The position numbers were made by a program, and so were the translations under genes. Under the pieces are notes generated by a model. That model saw only the letters and a list, made by a program, of their open reading frames with translations, was not told the DNA's origin and did no database searches. A stretch of 26,572 bases of DNA from an uncultured delta proteobacterium (lineage in GTDB: Bacteria; Desulfobacterota; Syntrophobacteria; BM002): positions 1-26,572 of the forward strand of contig CAVQGX010000024.1 of the NCBI GenBank assembly GCA_963712115.1, in the 5' to 3' direction. Shown in pieces: positions 17,347 to 26,533 of this stretch (position 1 is the stretch's first letter; each line of letters opens with the position of its first letter).

Positions 17347-19092
17347 TCATGGCGAGATGTTATATTTTTTCATTTTTCGCCATAAGGTGGTACGCTCCAT
17401 GCCTAGGGCCTGGGCAGCCCTTTGTCGATGCCAGCGATGTTCTTTCAATGCTTCTATTATCCGTTCCCTCTCCCACTGATGCTGTGCTGTAGCAACATCA
17501 GTCCTGGAGATGAGTCCTTCCACCAGATGACTACTGGGCGTCTGCAGATAGATGGGTAGGTGTCTGCGCTCGATTACCTCACCTTGACAGAGCACACAGG
17601 CGTGTTCAATGATATTTTCTAGCTCACGTATGTTGCCAGGGTAGCCATAGTTGAGCAGAATGTCCATGGCGTCTTCCGCGATCTTGGTTACCGAAGCTCC
17701 TTTGGTGACGTTGTACTGCTTAACAAAATTGTTGATTAGCAGAGGTATATCTGCCCGCCGCTCTCTCAGAGGCGGCAGTTCCAGACGCATCACATTGAGA
17801 CGGTAGAAAAGATCTTCACGGAATCTTTTCTCCCTAACCAGATCTTCAAGTATCTGATTGGTGGCAGCGATGATCCGCACGTCCACTCGACAGAGTTTTC
17901 TCCCACCCAAGGAATAGAATTCTTTGTCTTCTAACACTCGCAAGAGTTTGGCCTGAAGGGATAGGGGCATGTCACCTATCTCGTCAAGAAAGATGCTACC
18001 CCCGTCAGCTTCTTGGAAACGGCCCGGTTTGTCCCGGTCTGCCCCAGTGAAAGCTCCTTTGACATAGCCAAACATCTCTGATTCCAGTAAATTGTCTGGC
18101 AAGGCCGCACAGTTGACCTTAACAAAAGGTTTATCTTTTCGCCGTGAAGCATTATGGATGATCTTGGCCAGTAGATCCTTGCCTGTACCAGTTGGCCCTT
18201 CGACTAGAACGGTGGCTTCGCTTTCTGCAACCACTGGGAGAATCTCAAAGATCTGTTGCATCACTCCATCTTTGCCGATCATGTCGGCGAATGTGTATTT
18301 ATTACTTATGGCACGGTTTAGCTGCTGGATTAGGGAGAGATCCTGGAAGGTCTCCAGCCCGCCGATAATTTCTCCCGCTTCGTTCCGCAGGGCCATGAAG
18401 TTCGCACGGATGGGCAGTTTGCGGCCGTCTTTGGTAAATAATCTCCGGTGGAGATTTGCCAGGGTCTTACCGCTCACGATTGATTCCTCCAGACTGCAGG
18501 TCTCTCCAGGGAGATTGCAGCCTGTTAGCTTGGCGTGATGCTTGCCTAGAATCTCTTGACGCTCGTAGCCTGTAATAGTCTCGGCCATTGAATTGAACGA
18601 AGTTATGTGACCACCCCGGTTTACCGTAAATACCCCAATGTCCAAATTGTCCAGGATGAGTTTAAGCCTATGCTCGTCATAGCGAATCCGGTCTAACAGT
18701 TCACTGTAAACAGAAAGGTCCTGAAATATCTCGATGCAACCTGTCACTCTGCCGTCACCGGTGAACAGGGGAGAGACAAGCTTAGTAATGTGGCGTTTAT
18801 TGCCATTTTCATCGTAGATCTCCATATCAAATGCCAGCGGCTTGCCACCAGTCTTTACCGCCTCGCTGTACATACACTGGCCATGGCACAGGTCGCTGAA
18901 AAAAATCTCGTAACACTTCTTGCCTATGACCTCATTTTCCTTTAGACCGGTGAGGCGTTGCACAGCTTCGTTGAACGAGGTGATTCTCCGTTCTATATCA
19001 ACGGTGAAAACACCAATACCCAGATTTTCCAAAAGCTGGCTGAATTGCCCGTGCAAAATACTGGTCTCGGACGGTAGAGCTTTTCCAGGCAT
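17347..19092 (-). CDS. sigma54-dependent transcriptional activator (PAS-PAS-AAA+-Fis HTH), OrpR-like
   Basis: GPTGTGKD Walker A, ESEMFGYVKGAFTGA, FLDEIGD, FREDLFYRLNV, PGNIRELEN, C-terminal HTH; no REC domain. Confidence 0.95.
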   Translation of the reverse strand: MPGKALPSETSILHGQFSQLLENLGIGVFTVDIERRITSFNEAVQRLTGLKENEVIGKKCYEIFFSDLCHGQCMYSEAVKTGGKPLAFDMEIYDENGNKRHITKLVSPLFTGDGRVTGCIEIFQDLSVYSELLDRIRYDEHRLKLILDNLDIGVFTVNRGGHITSFNSMAETITGYERQEILGKHHAKLTGCNLPGETCSLEESIVSGKTLANLHRRLFTKDGRKLPIRANFMALRNEAGEIIGGLETFQDLSLIQQLNRAISNKYTFADMIGKDGVMQQIFEILPVVAESEATVLVEGPTGTGKDLLAKIIHNASRRKDKPFVKVNCAALPDNLLESEMFGYVKGAFTGADRDKPGRFQEADGGSIFLDEIGDMPLSLQAKLLRVLEDKEFYSLGGRKLCRVDVRIIAATNQILEDLVREKRFREDLFYRLNVMRLELPPLRERRADIPLLINNFVKQYNVTKGASVTKIAEDAMDILLNYGYPGNIRELENIIEHACVLCQGEVIERRHLPIYLQTPSSHLVEGLISRTDVATAQHQWERERIIEALKEHRWHRQRAAQALGMERTTLWRKMKKYNISP

Positions 19093-19179
19093 GCTATCGA
19101 TTCCTTTTTTGCTTGCAGTTGCTCACCAGCTACAGAGCTAGAGAGCATTGCAAAAAATATCTCTGCACTCCGGGATGAA

Positions 19180-19199
19180 TGTTGCAACCCCTTGCAACA
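19180..19199. promoter_or_regulatory. Palindrome of the same motif family upstream of the activator gene (possible autoregulation)
   Basis: TGTTGCAACCCCTTGCAACA = TGTTGCAA-N4-TTGCAACA. Confidence 0.5.
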
Positions 19200-19246
19200 A
19201 ATAATACCACACTAGTCTCCGAAAGCGAAAACGAGAAGGCGACGTA

Positions 19247-19318
19247 ATTGCAGATTGTTGATTGTAGATCGCAACTTCTTCTGTTGCCTACTTGTGTAAA
19301 TCTAAAATCTCAAATATC
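19247..19318. repeat. Degenerate heptamer-periodic inverted repeat
   Basis: ATTGCAG ATTGTTG ATTGTAG ATCGCAA faces AAATCTA AAATCTC AAATATC. Confidence 0.45.
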
Positions 19319-19424
19319 ATTTTGTGTCTTTGTGTTCTTCGTGGTTTCCCTAACTCGTTGCTGAACTGATCAAAATTGCTTTTGGCTAACAGCTCATACA
19401 GACGGCATTCCCATCGGAAAATCT

Positions 19425-19453
19425 TTGCACTTTGACCAATTGTGGTATAGACT
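19425..19453 (+). promoter_or_regulatory. Putative sigma70 promoter for the MBL-fold gene
   Basis: TTGCAC-N17-TAGACT. Confidence 0.35.
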
Positions 19454-19668
19454 GCAGGTAGTTAACTTGGAAATTCGTAACGAATGTTACTAGGAACCAA
19501 GATGGTTCAGTAACTAGTGAGATTCTCGCTCCTGGCAGAACTGCACCATCATGAATAAGTGAGCACTTGAATGGTGGAAACCTGGAACCCGCTCGGATAT
19601 CCCTTTTGACCTTGCAAGCAAGAATGCATAGGGGTTACTTCCAAAATCTTCATTGAAGGAGGCTCACC

Positions 19669-20583
19669 ATGGCGCTGCCCGAAAAAGTTAGTGTCACCGC
19701 GGTTATCGACAATTATCTAGACGTTTTTGAACCCTCCACCCCCTTAGTTGAACGTGCTGTGCCCGGAAAACTTAAAGGCTTTCTCTTGGCCGGTCATGGC
19801 CTTGCATTCCTGGTTGACATCAGCCAGGGAGAAAGCAAGTTCTCCCTGCTCATGGATACCGGCAACGCCTTTGAACCGCTCAAACATAACATGGAGGCCT
19901 TGGGGAGAACTCCCACCGAGGTCGATGCCCTTTTTCTGAGTCACGGCCACCCGGACCATTATGGCGGGCTTCTTGGTTTTCTTGGCTGGCGCGCGGAGCC
20001 CCTCCCCATCTACTGCCATCCAGATGTATTCTGGCCAAAATATCTCATGACGCCCCGGGGTAAGGTGGGTCCGTGGAAACTGGAACGTGAGAAAATTGAG
20101 GCAACCGGCGCTGAGTTGACCTGCGCCACAGAGGTTAAGCAACTGCGAGAAGGTGTTTTTCTCACCGGCGAGATTCCACGCCGTACAAGCTTTGAGGGCC
20201 CCATGCCTGGTGCCAAAATTATTAAGGACGGACAGGATATGGACGATCCTCTGGTGGACGAGCAGGCTCTTGTGGTAAACCTGGGAGAAAAGGGGCTGGT
20301 AGTGATTTCAGGTTGTTCCCATCCGGGAATCGTAAACACCATCCAATATGCCCAGGAGATTACCGAAAACCCCCGCATATATGCGGTCATCGGTGGCCTC
20401 CACCTTGCCCAAGTGAGTGACAAGGTCGTCAGCCAGACCATTGACGGTATCAAGAATTCTGGAGCTCAACTAACACTCACCGGCCATTGCACCGGCTTCC
20501 GGCCCAACACCCGTTTAAGTCAGGAACTGGGCAGTACCTTTGCAGTCAGCTGTGTCGGATCGACAGCCACCTTAGCGGCCTAG
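19669..20583 (+). CDS. MBL-fold metallo-hydrolase (family often annotated as dihydropterin/methanopterin-synthesis-related; true substrate unknown)
   Basis: HGLA, MDTG, SHGHPDHYGG (HxHxDH), DEQAL, GCSHPG, GGLHL, GHCTG; strong AAGGAGG RBS. Confidence 0.9.
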   Translation: MALPEKVSVTAVIDNYLDVFEPSTPLVERAVPGKLKGFLLAGHGLAFLVDISQGESKFSLLMDTGNAFEPLKHNMEALGRTPTEVDALFLSHGHPDHYGGLLGFLGWRAEPLPIYCHPDVFWPKYLMTPRGKVGPWKLEREKIEATGAELTCATEVKQLREGVFLTGEIPRRTSFEGPMPGAKIIKDGQDMDDPLVDEQALVVNLGEKGLVVISGCSHPGIVNTIQYAQEITENPRIYAVIGGLHLAQVSDKVVSQTIDGIKNSGAQLTLTGHCTGFRPNTRLSQELGSTFAVSCVGSTATLAA

Positions 20584-20597
20584 CTGCACTTCGGCAG

Positions 20598-20835
20598 GTC
20601 AGTACGCTTCGCTGTCATTGAGGCTGCGCCTGTCAATTGGCCTTACGGCCGTCATTTATGGTCACTAGTTCAATAAACTAGGCTGTCATTGATAGTTAAC
20701 TGTCATTGTCGCATTTAAACAACTTAATGACGGCCGTCAGGCCTATTGACGGCGAAGCCAAATGACCATAAGTGACGGCCGTAAGGCCAATTGACAGGCG
20801 CAGCGTAGTGACGGCCACGAAAGTGGCCAAATGAC
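20598..20835. repeat. REP/BIME- or MITE-like element with a 42-bp inverted repeat and mini-hairpin units
   Basis: 20623-20664 and 20763-20804 are reverse complements with 1 mismatch; repeated TGAC/GTCA motifs are separated by short palindromes. Confidence 0.8.
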
Positions 20836-20859
20836 TAAATCAAATTTGAGAATTGTCAA

Positions 20860-21969
20860 ATGATGGATTCAGGCCTGCCCTCCATTGACACACCCGCTTT
20901 ATTAATCGACCTGGATATTGTCTGGCGCAATCTTAAAAGGATGCAGAAAAAAGCCGACGAATACAGGGTATCTCTCCGCCCTCACATAAAAACTCATAAG
21001 ATACCCGAACTTGCGCGTCTTCAGATGGGCTTGGGTGCAGTTGGGGTTACCGTAGCCAAGGTTTCAGAAGCAGAAGTCATGGCTGAGGCGGGCATCGAGG
21101 ACATTTTCATCGCCAACCAAGTTGTGAGCGAAAAAAAGCTGAATCGCCTCGCAAATCTCTCAAAAAAAGTAAACATCTCGGTCGGATTGGACAGCACCCC
21201 GGCAGCGGAGAACCTCTCAGCTATATTCGCCGCTTCCGGGCTCACCATTGAATATCTCATAGAGATTAACAGCGGTCTCAATCGATGCGGCGTTTTGCCT
21301 GGAAGGGATGCGGTCGAGCTCTATGAGGCTATAAATGGTCTTCCCTCCCTTCGGTTCAAGGGAATCTTCACTCACGCAGGGCAGGTATATGGTGCTGGAT
21401 CGCTTGCCGAAGTCATGGAGCTGAGTCGCCACGAAAGCAAAATAATGGTTGGGACCGCACGAGCACTTGAACAGGCCGGAAGTTTAGCTGAAATTGTCTC
21501 TGTGGGGTCTACGCCAACCATGAAGGTCTGGCAAGGGCATAAAGGTGTCAACGAGATCCGGCCGGGCAACTACATTTTTCATGATGCCATACAGATATCC
21601 CTTGGAGTGGCAACTGTGGAAGAGTGCGCTTTGTCCATTGTGGCCACCGTGATTAGCCGACCTGTTAGAGAAAGGGCTGTTATAGATGGAGGAAGCAAGG
21701 CTTTTAGTTCGGATAGGGGCGCACACGGTAAAGAAATGGCATCCGGCTTTGGCATAGTGTTAGGTAAGAAGGCTACATTGGAAAGGCTTTCCGAAGAGCA
21801 CGGTATTATGAGCCTTGACCCAGATGAAGATCTAGAGATCGGCGACAGAGTTCGACTAATTCCCAACCATGCTTGTGCAGTAGTCAATCTCTTCGATCGA
21901 GCCTATGGAATCAGGAACGGTGAGGTCGTGGAGGAATTTCAGATAGCGGCTCGAGGAAAGATGCTGTAG
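20860..21969 (+). CDS. PLP-dependent alanine-racemase-fold enzyme, D-serine dehydratase/D-threonine aldolase family
   Basis: DTPALLID, RPHIKTHK (PLP lysine), AKVSEAE, GSTPT, EIRPGNY, SEEHG, IPNHAC. Confidence 0.9.
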   Translation: MMDSGLPSIDTPALLIDLDIVWRNLKRMQKKADEYRVSLRPHIKTHKIPELARLQMGLGAVGVTVAKVSEAEVMAEAGIEDIFIANQVVSEKKLNRLANLSKKVNISVGLDSTPAAENLSAIFAASGLTIEYLIEINSGLNRCGVLPGRDAVELYEAINGLPSLRFKGIFTHAGQVYGAGSLAEVMELSRHESKIMVGTARALEQAGSLAEIVSVGSTPTMKVWQGHKGVNEIRPGNYIFHDAIQISLGVATVEECALSIVATVISRPVRERAVIDGGSKAFSSDRGAHGKEMASGFGIVLGKKATLERLSEEHGIMSLDPDEDLEIGDRVRLIPNHACAVVNLFDRAYGIRNGEVVEEFQIAARGKML

Positions 21970-22067
21970 AGTTTAGCTTGACTTCCTGCACGTAACCGTT
22001 GATCCCCCGCACTCAATTACTGAACCCAGAATTTCACCAAGGTTGAATGAAAGCCATCAAAATGTGC

Positions 22068-22096
22068 TTGCCAGAGCGGAAGGAATGAACTAGTTT
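22068..22096 (+). promoter_or_regulatory. Putative sigma70 promoter for the permease gene
   Basis: TTGCCA-N17-TAGTTT. Confidence 0.3.
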
Positions 22097-22288
22097 AGAT
22101 ACTTCTCAAAGACCCCCCAAAGACCGTTTCCAGGCAATTCCCTAAGAGTGATGACTAGCAGATTAATAATAGGAGGGGTGTGATTTCATCCATTGTTCTC
22201 CAGTGAGGCAGATATTTTATCAACCAACAATTAATGCAGCGTTTAGTGCGACCAGGTTCCAAAGGGTTCGCTTATTGAGTGGCAAGAA

Positions 22289-24322
22289 GTGGCGGAGCAG
22301 TTAGCTTTTAAGCGTAACGTTGGCTTATTCATGGCGGTGATGATTGGCATTGGCGCCATGATGGGCCCTGGTATCTTCGCCCTACCAGGCGAACTCGCCC
22401 ACATGGTTGGCCCCCTTGGCATCTTTGCTTACCTCACCATGGGGATTCTGACCGTCTTTACCGCACTCACATACAGCGAACTCGGAGCTGCCATACCACT
22501 AGCCGGCGGCGGATACTCTTTCGCCAGTCGCATCCTTCCCAGGCCGGTGTCATTTCTTACCGGGTGGTTCTTCTGGATCGGCAACACCCTCGCCTGTGCC
22601 ATGTATGCCCTTATTTTTGCTCTAACCATCCGAGCCTATTTTTGGCCTTCGGCAAATATTAGCCTGCTGGTTCTTGTCACCACGGTGGTCTTCGCCAGTG
22701 TAAACTTCTGGGGAATGTCCGAGGCACTCAAACTTATCACCATTATGAACCTGGTGGAACTGGTGATTCTGGTGGCGGTCGCCTCACTCGGACTCTTTGA
22801 GCTGGAACCGCAGAACCTGACACCTCTAGCTCCAATGGGATATGCTCCTTTTGTGCCTGGAATGGCCCTCATCTACATCTCATACGTTGGCTTCGACCTT
22901 ATTACGGTGGCTGCCGAGGAAATCGTCGCACCCGGAAAGACTATACCGCGCGCTATCCTTATTACCCTTGGCGTTGGCATTGTCATATACGGTTTCGTCA
23001 TTTTTGCTATGATGGGTACAGTTCATCACACGGAGCTAGCTACAAGCCATGTCCCCTTTATCTTTACCGCCGACCGATTGTTTGGTGGTTGGGGCCGTTG
23101 GGCTGGGATCGTGGCCACCATAATGGCGAGCCTTTCTGCTTTCAGTGTGACTTTGGGCGCCAGCGCCCGAATTCTTTACGCCCTTGGTCGGGACGGCCAC
23201 TTTCCCCGGTTTTTTGCCACACTGCACCGACGATTTCGCACCCCTCACATAGCACTACTGACCTGTGCAGCCGTTGTAATCGTTTTCGGTTCGTCGGGGA
23301 TCGTGAAGCTAGTTGCCTCGATGAGTGACTTCGGGTACCTCATGGGACAGGGGATAGTAAACCTGTGCGCCATAGCTCTGCGCAAAAAAATGCCCAATTT
23401 GAGACGACCTTTCAAAGTAGTGCTTTTCCCCTTGGTTCCCATTCTCGGCGTGCTCACCTGCTGGTTTTTTGTTCCAGCCTTAGAGCTCAGGAGCTTCGTT
23501 TTGGGTGGTATACTGACTGTTGCAGGGGCCGGACTATATCTAATCCGCCCAGCGAACAGGGCTTATCTCGGCGAATTACCCAGGGCAGCTGCCCATAGGA
23601 TCAGAACATGGATGCTATTGAGAAGGAGAAAGAGAATGCGTGTTCTTATCATTGATGGCGGACGTCAGGGCCAAAACATCGCAAAAAGGCTCATGGCCAG
23701 AGACGAATATTGGCTGCTGTTTCGTTCCTCCGAGCATCAAATAACCTTCATTGAGGAGGACGAGACCCGCTGTAAAGAGCTGGAGCAGCTATTCAATGCG
23801 CCAATCTACCAAGGAGACGGCAGCAAGAAAGAAATCATCGAACAGGTGGGGGTAGACAACATAGACGTAGCTATCGCCGCCTCAGAAAATGACGGCCGCA
23901 ACGTGATTGTGGCCCTTCAAGCCAAGAGACTCGGCGTTCCGCAGGTTATAGGCATTGTCCAGGATCCTGACTACTTGCCCCTCCTGCAGGAAAACGGCGT
24001 GGTAGGAATCAGTGCACCCTGGGCAACAGCGGCAATGGTGGAGAACTACCTCGACAGACCCGGTGTGGCCGAACTCTTTGAGATATCGGGCGGTGTGGCC
24101 AGCCTCGTGGGTATGGTGGTGCCAGAGAAGGCCAAAGTTGCCGGCCAGTTCATCCGGGACATAGACGTTCCTAGAGACTGCGTGGTGGCAGCAGTGGTCC
24201 GAGGGAAAGATTTCGTTGTGCCGCGGGGGGATACCAAGATCGAGGTGGGCGATCATGTGGTTTTTGTTGGGCCCACTTCAGCAATAAAGAAGGCACAGGA
24301 TATGTTTAGGTTGAAAGACTGA
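22289..24322 (+). CDS. APC-family amino acid permease fused to a C-terminal TrkA (RCK_N + RCK_C) module
   Basis: About 12 hydrophobic segments with GAMMGPGIF, YSELGAAIPLAGGGY, YVGFD, AEEI, GRDGHFP, RRPFK; then RVLIIDGGRQG...GDGS (RCK_N) and VVRG...VPRGDTKIEVGDHV (RCK_C). Confidence 0.92.
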   Translation: MAEQLAFKRNVGLFMAVMIGIGAMMGPGIFALPGELAHMVGPLGIFAYLTMGILTVFTALTYSELGAAIPLAGGGYSFASRILPRPVSFLTGWFFWIGNTLACAMYALIFALTIRAYFWPSANISLLVLVTTVVFASVNFWGMSEALKLITIMNLVELVILVAVASLGLFELEPQNLTPLAPMGYAPFVPGMALIYISYVGFDLITVAAEEIVAPGKTIPRAILITLGVGIVIYGFVIFAMMGTVHHTELATSHVPFIFTADRLFGGWGRWAGIVATIMASLSAFSVTLGASARILYALGRDGHFPRFFATLHRRFRTPHIALLTCAAVVIVFGSSGIVKLVASMSDFGYLMGQGIVNLCAIALRKKMPNLRRPFKVVLFPLVPILGVLTCWFFVPALELRSFVLGGILTVAGAGLYLIRPANRAYLGELPRAAAHRIRTWMLLRRRKRMRVLIIDGGRQGQNIAKRLMARDEYWLLFRSSEHQITFIEEDETRCKELEQLFNAPIYQGDGSKKEIIEQVGVDNIDVAIAASENDGRNVIVALQAKRLGVPQVIGIVQDPDYLPLLQENGVVGISAPWATAAMVENYLDRPGVAELFEISGGVASLVGMVVPEKAKVAGQFIRDIDVPRDCVVAAVVRGKDFVVPRGDTKIEVGDHVVFVGPTSAIKKAQDMFRLKD

Positions 24323-24340
24323 CCTGCTCAATCCTTATTA

Positions 24341-25363
24341 TCACATCTCGACACAATTATCGAATTGCCGGATGACAAACTCAGCCAAATTGGCATGATC
24401 GCCTTTTGTAAAATGCGCTTTTAAATTTGCCGAGGGAATCTCTGCTCGGGCCTTGGCTCGATGTCCGCCGGCGCTGCCGAATCTTCCAAAGGCTTTGATG
24501 GCAGAATTCCCAGCGTCATTCCGCAGACCATCATTACGAATAACCACTACTAAGGTATTTTGACAAATCCCTGAAACTATAACCCAGGCAACCTCATGGC
24601 ATTTCATGAAAAAGTCTGCAACAAGTACCAAAGCATCCGGTGAGGGAACTTTCCCGAGATGGCTGAACATTTTCCCCTTTATAACTCGCCTGTTTTCCAG
24701 GGCCTCCTGGAAATATTGGAGGTCGTTTATCCCCATGTCGCATATCTCAATTCTATGCAAAAGGTGCATGTTCGAGTATGGGAACAGAAAGCGAAAGGCC
24801 TTAACATCCTCTTCAACGGCCCCTAACTCAAAATTACTAGTATCAACCTTGATCGCATAGACTAGTGCAGTGGCTAGTCTTTCTGATGGTCGTATTTTGG
24901 CCGAGCGCAGGTATTGGGTCATGATTGTGGCTGTGGCCCCATAATTCGGTCTTATGTCAACAAAGGCAGCCTTCACCGGCATTATTTTGGGGTGATGGTC
25001 AATAACTGCGTCGTATTTAAAGTCGTTGAATGCCTCGTGGTGGTAGGGCTGCCCGTCAACTAGAAGGATTTTGGAGAAACGGTCCGGATTTATCTCTTGC
25101 AGTTTCACCAGGGGGATTCTGAGGAGTTTTACCATACTGAGGTTATCGCTCCGTATTATTTTATTGAAATGGCCTAGAGTTACCGACGTGACCTGCTGCC
25201 TTAGAAGCCGTTTGAGTGCCATGGCCGAGGCCATTGAGTCGGGATCTGCGTCTATGGTAATCAAAACCTTATCTTGGTGGGCGAAAACCTGAAACAGCCT
25301 CTCAAGTTTTTCTTTGGTGGATCTGACTCGGGCGACTTTTGTGGGGGGGTTGACTGGACGCAT
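24341..25363 (-). CDS. DHH/DHHA1-family phosphoesterase (NrnA/c-di-AMP phosphodiesterase-like)
   Basis: ADPDSMASA, LLVD, VIDHH, VDT and AGGH motifs; GAGG RBS. Confidence 0.9.
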   Translation of the reverse strand: MRPVNPPTKVARVRSTKEKLERLFQVFAHQDKVLITIDADPDSMASAMALKRLLRQQVTSVTLGHFNKIIRSDNLSMVKLLRIPLVKLQEINPDRFSKILLVDGQPYHHEAFNDFKYDAVIDHHPKIMPVKAAFVDIRPNYGATATIMTQYLRSAKIRPSERLATALVYAIKVDTSNFELGAVEEDVKAFRFLFPYSNMHLLHRIEICDMGINDLQYFQEALENRRVIKGKMFSHLGKVPSPDALVLVADFFMKCHEVAWVIVSGICQNTLVVVIRNDGLRNDAGNSAIKAFGRFGSAGGHRAKARAEIPSANLKAHFTKGDHANLAEFVIRQFDNCVEM

Positions 25364-25606
25364 GGTGTTACCTCACTAGGGAAAATCGCCGATAGCAACT
25401 ATGGCATAATAACACGCTTGAGCCTAATCGGCCTAATCGACCCAAAAATTCATAACAGTTTACAGAGAAAACGTATATTATTAGAATAATTCTTGACTTG
25501 TCCTGATCGTGGATTCCCCCCGCGATTCCTCTCGGCACCGCGGATGCTTTTACAACAACCGCTTAGTCAACAGCCCATCTTCTTGAATTGAGCTGTGAGT
25601 GTAAAC

Positions 25607-26533
25607 ATGAGCAGAAAAAACGATACCAGCGAGAGAGCTTGGAGCTCTGACAAGGACCTCGCCGGAATGGTTGTCCGTGTGGCCGTGGCAGCCCAGGCTA
25701 ATGCCATAATCTGCGCCACCGAGACCGGAAAGTTCGCTAAGCATCTGCACGCATTTTCAGAGCAGGTCAAACTAATTGCCGCCACCACAAACAGAGAAAC
25801 ATACGATGACCTGGTTCAGGGTGGTCTGGAAGCCATACGGCTGCCGCTTCGTGCCATCGACAAGTATAGCCAGGTTCGCCATATTGTCTCAGTGGCGCTC
25901 AAAGCCAAAACCGTTTCCATTGGAGATTTCGTCGTCTGTGCAATAGGCCGCGAAGTTTACCACGATGAAGGGACCCTTATAGTCCTGACCGATGTGGAAT
26001 CGAGCATCGAATACCTCGCAGTATCCGACCTCCTCAAGCTCACCGACGGCATCCGGCCAACAGTACTGGAGGTTGCCGTAGAGATAGCCTGCAAAATAGG
26101 TCGGGCGGCTCGGCGCGGCACCCGTCTTGGGGCCATCTTCATGCTAGGTGACTCCATCAAGGTCCTTGAGGGTTCCAAACAGCTTATCCCCAACCCTTTC
26201 CAGGGCCACGATGATGCTAACCGTAGGCTTACAAACCCCGACATCCAAAGCGCCCTCGTCGAGCTGGCCAAGCTCGATGGCGCCTTTGTTGTCCGCGGCG
26301 ACGGGTTCATCCAAACAGCGGGGACTTTCTTGGCTACTACCGACGCAGAGATCAAATTGCCTTCCGGCCTTGGAGCTCGACACTATGCGGCTGCTGCCGT
26401 AACCATGCGCACCGATGCTACAGCGGTTGTGGTCTCAGCAACCGATGGTAATGTCCGAGCCTTCTCCAACGGAACCATGGTCCTACAAATCGATCCCGAC
26501 GTACCCCATGGCCCCATCGCTAAAGAGACATGA
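25607..26533 (+). CDS. dacZ: Diadenylate cyclase, DacZ/CdaZ-like (N-terminal pyruvate-kinase-C-like domain + DisA_N/DAC domain)
   Basis: GAIFMLGD, NPFQGH, ELAKLDGAFVV (DGA), GLGARHYAAA (RHR-type motif), VVVSATDG; ATG 25607 preferred over GTG 25595. Confidence 0.85.
   Translation: MSRKNDTSERAWSSDKDLAGMVVRVAVAAQANAIICATETGKFAKHLHAFSEQVKLIAATTNRETYDDLVQGGLEAIRLPLRAIDKYSQVRHIVSVALKAKTVSIGDFVVCAIGREVYHDEGTLIVLTDVESSIEYLAVSDLLKLTDGIRPTVLEVAVEIACKIGRAARRGTRLGAIFMLGDSIKVLEGSKQLIPNPFQGHDDANRRLTNPDIQSALVELAKLDGAFVVRGDGFIQTAGTFLATTDAEIKLPSGLGARHYAAAAVTMRTDATAVVVSATDGNVRAFSNGTMVLQIDPDVPHGPIAKET

Noticed and set aside
22100-22288. c-di-AMP (ydaO) riboswitch or leader peptide ahead of the permease
   Set aside because: No GCUGAA...GGGGGA...CAGCUAAC pattern; AGGAGG at 22171 is too close to the GTG and gives only an 8-codon ORF.
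25422-25439. Tandem GCCTAATCG repeat between the DHH and DAC genes
   Set aside because: Only two copies and no supporting context; could be chance.
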